The translations under genes were made by a program, and so were the position numbers. A DNA stretch of 64,000 nt, from contig JAUCBJ010008857.1 of the NCBI GenBank assembly GCA_032718475.1, forward strand, positions 1 to 64,000, in the 5' to 3' direction. The DNA comes from Nemertoderma westbladi. Its lineage: Eukaryota; Animalia; Xenacoelomorpha. The notes under the pieces were generated by a model. The model worked only from the letters and a program-made list of their open reading frames with translations, had not been told where the DNA came from and searched no databases. Of the stretch, positions 51,285-63,102 are shown piece by piece (position 1 is the first letter of the stretch; each line of letters begins with the position of its first letter).

Positions 51285-52150
51285 ATATACTAAAAATGAT
51301 ACTTTGAATTATCTCAAGGAATCAATAATAGACACATCACAGAAAATGATCAATGTAGTGGGTGTAGACACTTTCAAAATAAGAGTAGAGTCAGTAGTTC
51401 TTGAGCTATTTTACAAAATGTCAAGACTATGTCCACCAATTTTTGATACTTGATATTGAGATTGAGTTGACCCATTCCACACATTTCGTACAAAAACAAT
51501 AGTGAATTAATCACTACTCTTTAATTTTGAAGGTCTCTGTATACACTAAATCAATTGTTGCAGTGATGTGTATATTTCTGATGCCTTAAGATAATTTAAA
51601 GTATCATTGTTAGTGTATTTGCCCATATCGCTTCAAGGCGGTAATGTAGACTTGTGCCGGACTTCACATTTGCTGAGATATCTCAAGAACTATTCGCTCT
51701 ACGTTTGTTTTGAAGGTGTCTACCCCCACTAAATCGGTCATTGTGGTTCGAATGAGCATATTATTAATGCAGTAGGAGTACTAAAAGTTGGCCATCGCGA
51801 AAATTGAGAATAATCGTCACTTGCGCCAAAGGGTAGGTTCTGGCCATGTGCCTGTGGCACTAGTTCCCTTGATCCAAAATTTAAAATTTTGGTATCTAAC
51901 TAAGTTTGGACCCATTTGATGCATGAAGGAAGTTCTTTCTTGCGTCATTGATCTTTCATCAATGTGTTATATTGTTATAAATTTCATTATGGTGCATCAC
52001 GAAGGCTTAAAATTTCAACCCCCTTGGGATCCGTCAAGATATCAATGAAATTTAGAGAAATTTTTTTGCCTTATTTTTTTACCATTTGGCAACTTTTGTG
52101 CATCTGTAGAACAATGAAATCGAAAAAAAAGTAAAAAACGCACCGCCCTA
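51285..52150. mobile_element. Remnant of a non-autonomous DNA transposon, possibly hAT, with ~100-bp internal inverted repeat
   Basis: 51285-51388 is an imperfect inverted repeat of 51514-51620; ends in CGCACCGCCCTA (TAGGG hAT-type terminus) followed by ATGTACAT; the other terminus was not found. Confidence 0.4.
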
Positions 52151-54725
52151 ATGTACATCATTTACAAAGACTCTCTCGTTTCATTTCTGTACTGAAATTG
52201 AGACTGATTATCGTCGTATGTGGCTGTTCTAGATGTAATGGTAGCCCCAAAGTGTTCTTTGTCACCATCCTCACATGTGGTTTCATTTATTCTTCGAGTT
52301 CTATATTCTTTACGCCTTGCCCCCCTGCTCATTATTACCACTATTGTGACCCCATCATCCAGTTGCGATCTAATCTTCTTGTTAGTATCATCCTGAGTGT
52401 CTCTGTCCTTATCCATTATCTCCTTTGCCTTTCTCATTTCTTCATGATAAACTTCCTTCACTTCACCTGGGGCTGTCTAGTTATGCGTTGCTTCCAATCC
52501 AGATTGTATGTTTGCGGACCTCCATATATACTCTGACAGATAGCTGTTGGTGTTGAACTCGAAACTACAAACAGAATAACTAGTATTATTGCGATATTAG
52601 TGAAATCTCGGTTGGACCTCCATGTAATAAGGTTCTCCAACCTCTCCCGAGCTCCATAAAATAACTGAGTTTGAATCTGAGTACTGAGTACTGAATATAA
52701 TAACATATTATACACTCATATAATGAATAACATATCTCAAAGTATATAGTAATATTTATAACCAAACCAACACCGACCGAAAGCCTATATATCTTACTAC
52801 TGGTAATATAGAACAACATTACTACACAACTTTGGGATCCATACCAAAGCATCGACTGGATTTATCCGACGTCGGGAGGCCTGGTCATCGATTCCGAACT
52901 ACGTAAACCCGACGGAATATACTTGATTGAAATCTTTGTTACAAAAAATGAGTTAAATTCAGAAATAAAAATGTATTTGATTCCTTGTATCTATATTACT
53001 TCTTTATGTCAATCCAAAAAAACTCGACCTAAAAAAATTAGTCTGACTTCGTTCTAATTTGGACTTTCCAAATAAAACTTGGTATGTCCTACTGTATAAT
53101 CATAGAATTAAGCGTCATTTATTCCTTATGAAATCGCCTTTAGTACGAGGACAGAAGAGTCAAATATTCATTTCACACTAAATGTTTAGGCTCAACACAA
53201 AAGCTATAAATCAAATAAATTATTCTTCCAGTAGGCCTACTATCGAAATGGCTCCAGAAGACTATGGAACCCAGCAAACTAACTTACTGATCTTTGCTGA
53301 TGACCAAGGAGTATACTCTCTCTCTGTCTCAGACTCACTAGAGCTTAGAGGGAATCCAACGTCTTCACATCTCATTAGATAGGCCGCTTCTAGTGTACTG
53401 GAGGGATACCAGATATTGTAAAAACAAAAGTTCGAACGTTCTGGTAATAAATCATCATGAAAGATTGTGAAATTAGAGTTATCCATGTAATAAAATATTG
53501 CATTAAATATTTGAATGATTTTTGGCCTGCTTAATGGCTAAGTGCATTCTCACATATTATATTTTTCACTTAAATTTTTCACTTTTCATTAAATGATATT
53601 TTATACTTTTAGAATGATATATTATAATTTTTACTTAGAATGCCTGTACTGTACTGTACGTACATACCCAGCAGTAGTAATATAGCCCTACTATGCCTGT
53701 ACTGTACTTACCCAGCAGTAGTAATATAGGCCTAATATAAAACTGCTCTTGTTGTTCAGTTCAATGGAAACTCCAATTCAAGTTCTGCTGTATATAAACA
53801 ACTATCCTGATTGGCTGTATGAATAGAACTATTCTGATTGGCTGGGAAAAAGTTCCAAGCATTTATTCCTATAAACCAATCACTACTGTGTTCAAATTGT
53901 TATAGAAAAGGAAAGGCCGTCAAGAGTTCATTCTGTAGTTTTGTGCTTTAACATTTTATTTTTAGTTGTTTAAAAAAATAATAAATGCAATATGAAAAAC
54001 AATTTATAATAATACAATATAACAACAAATTATTATGTAAATTAATTACTGTGTTATTTAATCGCATAAAATAATTTAATTATACATAAATAATAAATAC
54101 ATAGATGAGCTATGTTCATCATTTCAGCTATCATAGTTTTTAATTATTTCAAGTGATCATTAAGGAATCAGTGTTTAATTGATCTAAACGTAATTAACCC
54201 CATATAACTATCAATATACCAGTAATTACAATACTAAAAAGGACTAGATAACTAAATATATTAATATATTTTGTATTATTTGTATTGTTTATGTATTTTA
54301 ATGTGTTGTATAATTTCAACAATGTTTTATCGAGTATAAAATAAATAATAAATAAATATTAGCGATTAATTATTAAATATATCAACTATAAGAAGATTAT
54401 TTTAAGTAATAAACTGCAACATAATACAAGTAATAAATTACGGATTATTTAAAATTTAATTAATCTACTGTAAATGTTTGTGGCGAGTTATTTGAATTGG
54501 GGGCTGTCTAAGAAAAGAAACGGAACTCAATAAAATGAGTTTAAAAGGTCGGACATGAAGAATAATACTGAGCAAAATGAAATAGAAAAAACAAATTAAA
54601 ATTAAAATTAAATAAATTGGTAGTTTGTCTAAAAAAATATATAAAATAAAAATATATAAATACTATATTTGGAAATGCTATCCGTCCATGGCGGGGGAGG
54701 AGGGTAGCGATAGGACCTCGAAGAA

Positions 54726-57700
54726 GCCGTCAGAAAGGGCGGGGTCCATTGTCCCAAGTATGGAGGCCGTTAGAAAGGGCGGGGTCCATTGTCCCAAGTA
54801 TGGAGGCCGTCACAAAGGGCGGGGTCCATTGTCCCAAGTATGGAGGCCGTCATAAAGGGCGGGGTCCATTGTCCCAAGTATGGAGGCCGTTAGAAAGGGC
54901 GGGGTCCATTGTCCCAAGTATGGAGGCCGTCATAAAGGGCGGGGTCCATTGTCCCAAGTATGGAGGCCGTTAGAAAGGGCGGGGCCCATTGTCCCAAGTA
55001 TGGAGGCCGTCAGAAAGGGCGGGGTCCATTGTCCCAAGTATGGAGGCCGTTAGAAAGGGCGGGGTCCATTGTCCCAAGTATGGAGGCCGTCATAAAGGGC
55101 GGGGTCCATTGCCCCAAGTATGGGGGCCGTTAGAAAGGGCGGGGTCTATTTGTCCCAAGTATGGAGGCCGTCAGAAAGGGCGGGGCCCATTGTCCCAAGT
55201 ATGGATGCCGTCAGAAAGGGCGGGGTCCATTGTCCCAAGTATGGAGGCCGTCAGAAAGGGCGGGGTCCACTGTCCCAAGTATGGAGGCCGTCAGAAAGGG
55301 CGGGGTCCATTGTCCCAAGTATGGAGGCCGTCAGAAAGGGCCCATTGTCCCAAGTATGGAGGCCGTCAGAAAGGGCGGGGTCCATTGTCCCAAGTATGGA
55401 GGCCGTTAGAAAGGGCGGGGTCCATTGTCCCAAGTATGGAGGCCGTTAGAAAGGGCGGGGTCTATTTGTCCCAAGTATGGAGGCCGTCAGAAAGGGCGGG
55501 GTCCATTGTCCCAAGTATGGAGGCCGTCAGAAAGGGCGGGGTCCACTGTCCCAAGTATGGAGGCCGTCAGAAATGGCGGGGCCCATTGTCCCAAGTATGG
55601 AGGCCGTCAGAAAGGGCGTGATCCATTGTCCCAAGTATGGAGGCCGTCAGAAAGGGCGGGGCCCATTGTCCCAAGTATGGAGGCCGTCAGAAAGGGCGGG
55701 GTCCATTGTCCCAAGTATGGAGGCCGTCAGAAAGGGCGGGGTCCATTGTCACAAGTATGGAGGCCGTCAGAAAGGGCGGGGTCCATTGCCCAAGTATGGA
55801 GGCCGTCAGAAAGGGCGGGGTCCATTGTCCCAAGTATGGAGGCCGTCAGAAAGGGCGGGGTCCATTGTCCCAAGTATGGAGGCCGTCAGAAAGGGCGGGG
55901 TCCATTTTCCCAAGTATGGAGGCCGTCAGAAAGGGCGGGGTCCATTGTCCCAAGTATGGAGGCCGTCAGAAAGGGCGGGGTCCATTGTCCCAAGTATGGA
56001 GGCCTATAGAAAGGGCGGGGTCTATTTGTCCCACGTATGGAGACCGTCAGAAAGGGCGGGGCCCACTGTCCCAAGTATGGAGGCAGCCAGAAAGGGCGGG
56101 GTCCGTTGTCCCCAGTATAGAGGCCGTCAGAAAGGGCGGGGTCTGTTGTGCCAAGTATGGAGGCCGTCAGAAAGGGCGGGGTCCACTGTCCCAAGTATGG
56201 AGGCCGTCAGAAAGGGCGGGGTCCATTGTCCCAAGTATGGAGGCCGTCACAAAGGGCGGGGTCCATTGTCCCAAGTATGGAGGCCGTCATAAAGGGCGGG
56301 GTCCATTGTCCCAAGTATGGAGGCCGTTAGAAAGGGCGGGGTCCATTGTCCCAAGTATGGAGGCCGTCATAAAGGGCGGGGTCCGTTGTCCCCAGTATAG
56401 AGGCCGTCAGAAAGGGCGGGGTCTGTTGTGCCAAGTATGGAGGCCGTCAGAAAGGGCGGGGTCCACTGTCCCAAGTATGGAGGCCGTCAGAAAGGGCGGG
56501 GTCCATTGTCCCAAGTATGGAGGCCGTCAGAAAGGGCGGGGCCCATTTTCCTAAGTATGGAGGCCGTCAGAAAGGGCGGGGTCCATTGTGCCAAGTATGG
56601 AGGCCGTCAGAAAGGGCGGTGTCTATTTGTCCCAAGTATGGAGGCCTTCAGAAAGGGCGGGGCCCATTGTCCCAAGTATGGAGGCCGTCAGAAAGGGCGG
56701 GGTCCATTGTCCCAAGTATGGAGGCCGTCAGAAAGGGCGGGGTCTATTTGTCCCAAGTATGGAGGCCGTCAGAAAGGGCGGGGCCCATTGTCCTAAGTAT
56801 GGAGGCCGTCAGAAAGGGCGGGCGGGGCCCATTGTCCCAAGTATGGAGGCCGTCATAAAGGGGGCGTCCGTTGTCCCCAGTATAGAGGCCGTCAGAAAGG
56901 GCGGGGTCCATTGTCCCAAGTATGGAGGCCGTCAGAAAGGGCGGGGTCCATTGTCCCAAGTATGGAGGCCGTCAGAAAGGGCGGGGTCCATTGTCCCAAG
57001 TATGGAGGCCGTCAGAAAGGGCGGGGTCCATTGTCCCAAGTATGGAGGCCGTCAGAAAGGGCGGGGTCCATTTTCCCAAGTATGGAGGCCGTCAGAAAGG
57101 GCGGGGTCCATTGTCCCAAGTATGGAGGCCGTCAGAAAGGGCGGGGTCCATTGTCCCAAGTATGGAGGCCTATAGAAAGGGCGGGGTCTATTTGTCCCAA
57201 GTATGGAGACCGTCAGAAAGGGCGGGGCCCACTGTCCCAAGTATGGAGGCAGCCAGAAAGGGCGGGGTCCATTGTCCCAAATATGGAGGCCGTCAGAAAA
57301 GGTGGGGTCCATTGTCCCAAGTATGGAGGCCGTCAGAAAGGGCGTGGCCCACTGTCCCAAGTATGGAGGCCGTCATAAAGGGCGGGGTCCGTTGTCCCCA
57401 GTATAGAGGCCGTCAGAAAGGGCGGGGTCTGTTGTGCCAAGTATGGAGGCCGTCAGAAAGGGCGGGGTCCACTGTCCCAAGTATGGAGGCCGTCAGAAAG
57501 GGCGGGGTCCATTGTCCCAAGTATGGAGGCCGTCAGAAAGGGCGGGGCCCATTTTCCTAAGTATGGAGGCCGTCAGAAAGGGCGGGGTCCATTGTGCCAA
57601 GTATGGAGGCCGTCAGAAAGGGCGGTGTCTATTTGTCCCAAGTATGGAGGCCTTCAGAAAGGGCGGGGCCCATTGTCCCAAGTATGGAGGCCGTCAGAAA

Positions 57701-59383
57701 GGGCGGGGTCCATTGTCCCAAGTATGGAGGCCGTCAGAAAGGGCGGGGTCTATTTGTCCCAAGTATGGAGGCCGTCAGAAAGGGCGGGGCCCATTGTCCT
57801 AAGTATGGAGGCCGTCATAATGGGCGGGGTCCGTTGTCCCCAGTATAGAGGCCGTCAAAAAGGGCGGGGTCCATTGTCCCAAGTATGGAGGCCGTCAGAA
57901 AGGCCGGGGTCTAATTGTCCCAAGTATGGAGGCCGTCAGAAAGGGCGGGCGGGGTCCATTGTCCCAAGTATGGAGGTCGTCAGAAAGGGCGGGGTCCATT
58001 GTCCCAAGTATGGAGGCCGTCAGAAAGGGCGGGGTCTATTTGTCCCAAGTATGGAGGCCGTCAGAAAGGGCGGGGTCCATTGTCCCAAGTATGGAGGCCG
58101 TCAGAAAGGGCGGGGCCCATTGTCCCAAGTATGAAGGCCGTCAGAAAGGGCGGGGCCCACTGTCCCAAGTATGGAGGCCGTCAGAAAGGGCGGGGTCCAT
58201 TGTCCCAAGTATGGAGGCCGTCAGAAAGGGCGGGGTCCACTGTCCCAAGTATGGAGGCCGTCAGAAAGGGCGGGGTCCATTGTCCCAAGTATGGAGGCCG
58301 TCAGAAATGGCGGGGTCCATTGTCCCAAGTATGGAGGCCGTCAGAAAGGGCGGGGTCCATTGTCCCAAGTATGGAGGCCGTTAGAAAGGGCGGGGTCCAT
58401 TGTCCCAAGTATGGAGGCCGTTAGAAAGGGCGGGGTCTATTTGTCCCAAGTATGGAGGCCGTCAGAAAGGGCGGGGTCCATTGTCCCAAGTATGGAGGCC
58501 GTGAGAAAGGGCGGGGTCCACTGTCCCAAGTATGGAGGCCGTCAGAAAGGGCGGGGTCCATTGTCCCAAGTATGGAGGCCGTCAGAAAGGGCGGGGTCCA
58601 TTGTCCCAAGTATGGAGGCCGTCAGAAAGGGCGGGGTCCATTGTCCCAAGTATGGAGGCCGTCAGAAAGGGCGGGGTCCATTGTCCCAAGTATGGAGGCC
58701 GTCAGAAAGGGCGGGGTCCATTGTCCCAAGTATGGAGGCCGTCAGAAAGGGCGGGGTCCATTGTCCCAAGTATGGAGGCCGTCAGAAAGGGCGGGGTCCA
58801 TTGTCCCAAGTATGGAGGCCGTCAGAAAGGGCGGGGTCCATTGTCCCAAGTATGGAGGCCGTCAGAAAGGGCGGGGTCCATTGTCCCAAGTATGGAGGCC
58901 GTCAGAAAGGGCGGGGTCCATTGTCCCAAGTATGGAGGCCGTCAGAAAGGGCGGGGTCCATTGTCCCAAGTATGGAGGCCGTCAGAAAGGGCGGAGTCCA
59001 TTGTCCCAAGTATGGTGGCCGTTAGAAAGGGCGGGGTCTATTTGTCCCAAGTATGGAGGCCGTCAGAAAGGGCGGGGCCCACTGTCCCAAGTATGGAGGC
59101 AGTCAGAAAGGGCGAGGTCCATTGTCCCAAATATGGAGGCCGTCAGAAAGGGCGGGGTCCATTGTCCCAAGTATGGAGGCCGTCAGAAAGGGCGTGGCCC
59201 ACTGTCCCAAGTATGGAGGCCGTCATAAAGGGCGGGGTCCGTTGTCCCCAGTATAGAGGCCGTCAGAAAGGGCGGGGTCCATTGTCCCAAGTATGGAGGC
59301 CGTCAGAAAGGGCGGGACCCACTGTCCCAAGTATGGAGGCCGTCAGAAAGGGCGGGGTCCATTGTCCCAAGTATGGAGGCCGT
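54726..59383. repeat. 40-bp GC-rich satellite (CCGTCAGAAAGGGCGGGGTCCATTGTCCCAAGTATGGAGG)n, ~116 copies
   Basis: Unit read directly; ~1-kb higher-order duplication (identical repeat ORFs at 56428 and 57434). Confidence 0.99.
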
Positions 59384-59514
59384 GTTGCGTCAAGCAAGTG
59401 TAATGTAAAGCAGTACCTGTACCTGAAACTAAAGAAGCAAACGTGACATTGATGTGCATTCAATCAATTGATGCAAAAAAAGTAAATTAAAGTTATATTC
59501 GACCGTTAAGACAG

Positions 59515-59710
59515 GAATTACGCACAAAATCTGGTCACTGGGATGCGAGGCTGAGTAACGCCGTGACTAGTTCTTTTAAAGCATTTGTACCGAAACTAAG
59601 ACTCATCTGGGTCCCCCCCATGCGTGGATCGAACCCACAACCTTCGGATCCGGCTGGAGAGATGTGAATTCAATGCAATGGAGTTAACAACTACCCCGCA
59701 ACCTAGGGAT
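59515..59710 (-). mobile_element. Probable tRNA-derived SINE
   Basis: Minus-strand B box GGGTTCGATCC (59626-59636) preceded by GATCCGAAGGTTGT, as in tRNA-derived SINE heads; A box degenerate; boundaries approximate. Confidence 0.4.
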
Positions 59711-59718
59711 AACAAGTA

Positions 59719-60006
59719 TGAGGTGAATCCTACCGATCAGCTGAATGTGAGGTGAATCCTACCGAACAGCTGACTGTGAAGCGAATCCTACCGAACAGCT
59801 GACTGTGAGGTGAATCCTACCGATCAGCTGAATGTGAGGTGAATCCTACCGAACAGCTGACTGTGAAGCGAATCCTACCGAACAGCTGACTGTGAGGTGA
59901 ATCTTACCGATCAGCTGACTGTGAGGCGAATCCTACCGAACAGCTGACTGTGAGGCGAATCCTACCGAACAGCTGACTGTGAGGCGAATCCTACCGAACA
60001 GCTGAT
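59719..60006. repeat. 29-bp minisatellite (TGAGGTGAATCCTACCGAACAGCTGACTG), ~10 copies
   Basis: Starts recur at 59720, 59749...; variants repeat in a 3-unit pattern in the first half. Confidence 0.95.
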
Positions 60007-60377
60007 AACTGATGGCATGAAACATCATGGTCACTCTACTGTATGTTGCTTTTTTATTATTGTGGTACTTCTGTACAACCTACGTATCCGTAAGGTTTTT
60101 TTATTTTACTTAACATTTTTAACTTTTTGCTTAATACTAAGTAAATAAAGCTAATTATTCAATACTAATATCAAGTAAATAAAACTAATTATTAAAACTA
60201 ATATACTGTAGATAGAAGTAATACAAATATACAGTATTATAATAGTGCTAATTAAATTTCTCTGTGACCGTTAATTGCATTAATTAAATATTCATTGTGA
60301 AATCATTACAGGTAAATAAGATTAAAAAAGTTAACAAAGAAAATTTCTCCAAATTCTATACAATGAAATGAGGCAGC

Positions 60378-60503
60378 GGGCCGGTTGCTCAAAGCTCCCT
60401 TAAAGTTAAGGGGGCCATTTAACTAATAATTTACATTTAAGATATTTAAATGGCCATTTCTAGTTAAATGTAGGGGCCTACATTTAGTTGGAACAACCGT
60501 CCC
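60378..60503. mobile_element. Possible short MITE with Harbinger-like termini
   Basis: GGGCCGGTTGCTCAAA ... TTGGAACAACCGTCCC imperfect TIR; no clean TSD. Confidence 0.3.
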
Positions 60504-60590
60504 ATCATCTCAATTGTACTGCGATATTAGTTGTGCGATCTTATGGTTTTAGATTGCGGACTGTACAGTACAATAAAGTAAATAAAATAA

Positions 60591-60650
60591 TTGGGTAAAT
60601 CTTTTCGACCTACGCGTAGGCCTACGCGTAGGTCGAAAAGATTTACCCAA
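60591..60650. repeat. Perfect 60-bp spacerless palindrome
   Basis: TTGGGTAAATCTTTTCGACCTACGCGTAGG|CCTACGCGTAGGTCGAAAAGATTTACCCAA; halves are exact reverse complements. Confidence 0.97.
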
Positions 60651-61840
60651 ATAATTTGCTATGTTATGATGTTATAATTTAGTGTTACATCTTAAAACCG
60701 GAAGTGAACATCAAAAGCACGATCGTGACAATAATAATGATATACATAATCCCATATTCCTGTATTTAGATTCGCAGCAGGGCGGATAAATAAATTTTAT
60801 GATTATTATTAAACAAGAGTTAATGGAAACAAATAAACATTGATGGGAAATAAACTCATGTATCGTCTATTGGAACAGTTTCCCCAGACGAGTAATATTT
60901 ACCCGTCATTGTTTTATATACGTTCCGCTATGTATAAATTATTGATCCATTGATTCTATATACAGTTTTGGAACAATATCCCAGTTCTATAGCTGCAACT
61001 TGAAGTAACACAGAGCAACTCTTCAGTACATAATTCTTATATATAATTATTTCATTTTCTTTAACAATAAATTGCCAGCGAGTTTATTAAAGGGTCGGGA
61101 GAATAATGAAAAAATGTTCTACGTTTTTTTCCCACGTAAGAGGTAAATTTATTCTTAAATTGGCAATTAATTTTTGTTGCTTAATTATTTATCATTTTTA
61201 TTATTATGAAACATTTTTCTAAATTTGCATGTAAATAAATGCAAATAAATACACAAATACACAAATAAATTATTGTAACTAGGTAATAATTGGAGTAAGT
61301 CAAATAATTAGTAAATTACGGTTGATGAAAAAAAATATGAATATATTTGACTTGATGCATAGTACTGTAGTAAAGACGGAGGTTGATCGGGAAGGTCCAT
61401 TACATCAACCACCGAATAGACATTAACAATATGTTAATAAAGATATTGTGTATTGGTTGTAAGATACAATTTCGAATTACATTTCTATGTAGGTCTAGTG
61501 CGATTAGAAAGAAAATTATGACATTAGGCCTATAATATATAAAGCATTATTCCTAACTAAAAATTGATAGATTACGTATAACTTACTTACTAATACTAAA
61601 TGTAATAACATATCCTAGAATATACTGCTAAGGTGCTAACTTATCTAAAATTTGTGAAATTACTACGTAGAGAGGATAAATATGTATTTGCGTAAGGAAT
61701 TATTACGATTAATTGCGAATTATTGCTAAGAAAGGCATCTAATGAGCGTTTAAAAATGGACTATTAATTGACTATTGACGTACAGAGGTTGGTATTGAGT
61801 TCCAGATTTCTGGTGCTTTGAGTTTGATTGATTGCCTGGC

Positions 61841-61878
61841 TATATATAAACGCGTTATGATAGAGTTCAGGTCAGTTA
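61841..61878 (+). promoter_or_regulatory. Candidate TATA + Initiator core promoter
   Basis: TATATAAA at 61843-61850 and TCAGTT with its A at 61874, i.e. -31/+1 spacing. Confidence 0.5.
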
Positions 61879-62414
61879 CACACGCTGTTCACGCCGACAC
61901 ACGCACGTGAGTTCAGGTCAGTTACACACGCTGTTCACGCCGACACACGCACGTGAGTTCAGGTCAGTTACACACGCTGTTCACGCCGACACACGCACGT
62001 GAGTTCAGGTCAGTTACACACGCTGTTCACGCCAACACACGCACGTGAGTTCAGGTCAGTTACACACGCTGTTCACGCCGACACACGCACGTGAGTTCAG
62101 GTCAGTTACACACGCTGTTCACGCCGACACACGCACGTGAGTTCAGGTCAGTTACACACGCTGTTCACGCCGACACACGCACGTGAGTTCAGGTCAGTTA
62201 CACACGCTGTTCACGCCGACACACGCACGTGAGTTCAGGTCAGTTACACACGCTGTTCACGCCGACACACGCACGTGAGTTCAGGTCAGTTACACACGCT
62301 GTTCACGCCGACACACGCACGTGAGTTCAGGTCAGTTACACACGCTGTTCACGCCGACACACGCACGTGAGTTCAGGTCAGTTACACACGCTGTTCACGC
62401 CGACACACGCTCGT
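61863..62414. repeat. 46-bp minisatellite (GAGTTCAGGTCAGTTACACACGCTGTTCACGCCGACACACGCACGT) x12
   Basis: Twelve near-identical copies, starts at 61863, 61909... Confidence 0.97.
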
Positions 62415-63102
62415 GTTCGGTGATTGTGTGTGTTTGATGATATAAAATAAAATAAATATTTAATAATAAATACAGTAGAATGAAGTAGAAAAGTATATAG
62501 AGAAGTTATAAAAATATTACACTGCTATATATTGTAATACAGATTATGCATTTAACTACAGAATATTGAACTCTTCAACTCTCGATGCTGCCTAACTCCA
62601 TGTTAAATAATTTAGTGTTCTCGAATATTTATTACGTAACTAGAGAGCCGCTTAACAACATAAACCAATATTGGATATTGAGTTCCATTTTGGAGTTCGC
62701 CTTGCAGACACTAAAGTTGCAATAACTTTTGAGTGTGTAAATGGATTTTTCTCAAACTCTCAAAATACTTGTAAACCTTTTCTACTTCGATGCTCTCAAA
62801 CAATTGGCTGTTGGTCCTTGCATTCTGGGAGACAGGTGTGGCGAAACTGGACGCAAATCCCATCTTGGCGAAATTGTTAAAATTTGTTTCTACTTGTATA
62901 AAATAGAATTACAATATATGAAAATTGTTTATAATATTGTGTAAATCGTTAAATAAAATAAATTATTATTGATCACTTTAGTTCTATTGTATACACGAAT
63001 GTTGAATTCAATCAGTTGATGATCCCAGTTTGCTATAATGTTGGATAGTATTTAATATTGTTATGTTAATATAATTTTAATCAATAAATTATTATCAATA
63101 AC

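Noticed and set aside
53280-53310. LLIFADDQ, resembling a LINE RT catalytic motif
   Set aside because: No neighbouring RT motifs in any frame; probably chance.
54625-59463. Numerous ORFs (MEAVRKGGVHCPKYGGR...)
   Set aside because: Translations of the 40-bp satellite; the unit is not a multiple of three and frames break at random variants.
1-62414. CRISPR arrays (29-46-bp repeat lengths)
   Set aside because: All arrays are head-to-tail without unique spacers, no cas genes, and the context is eukaryotic.
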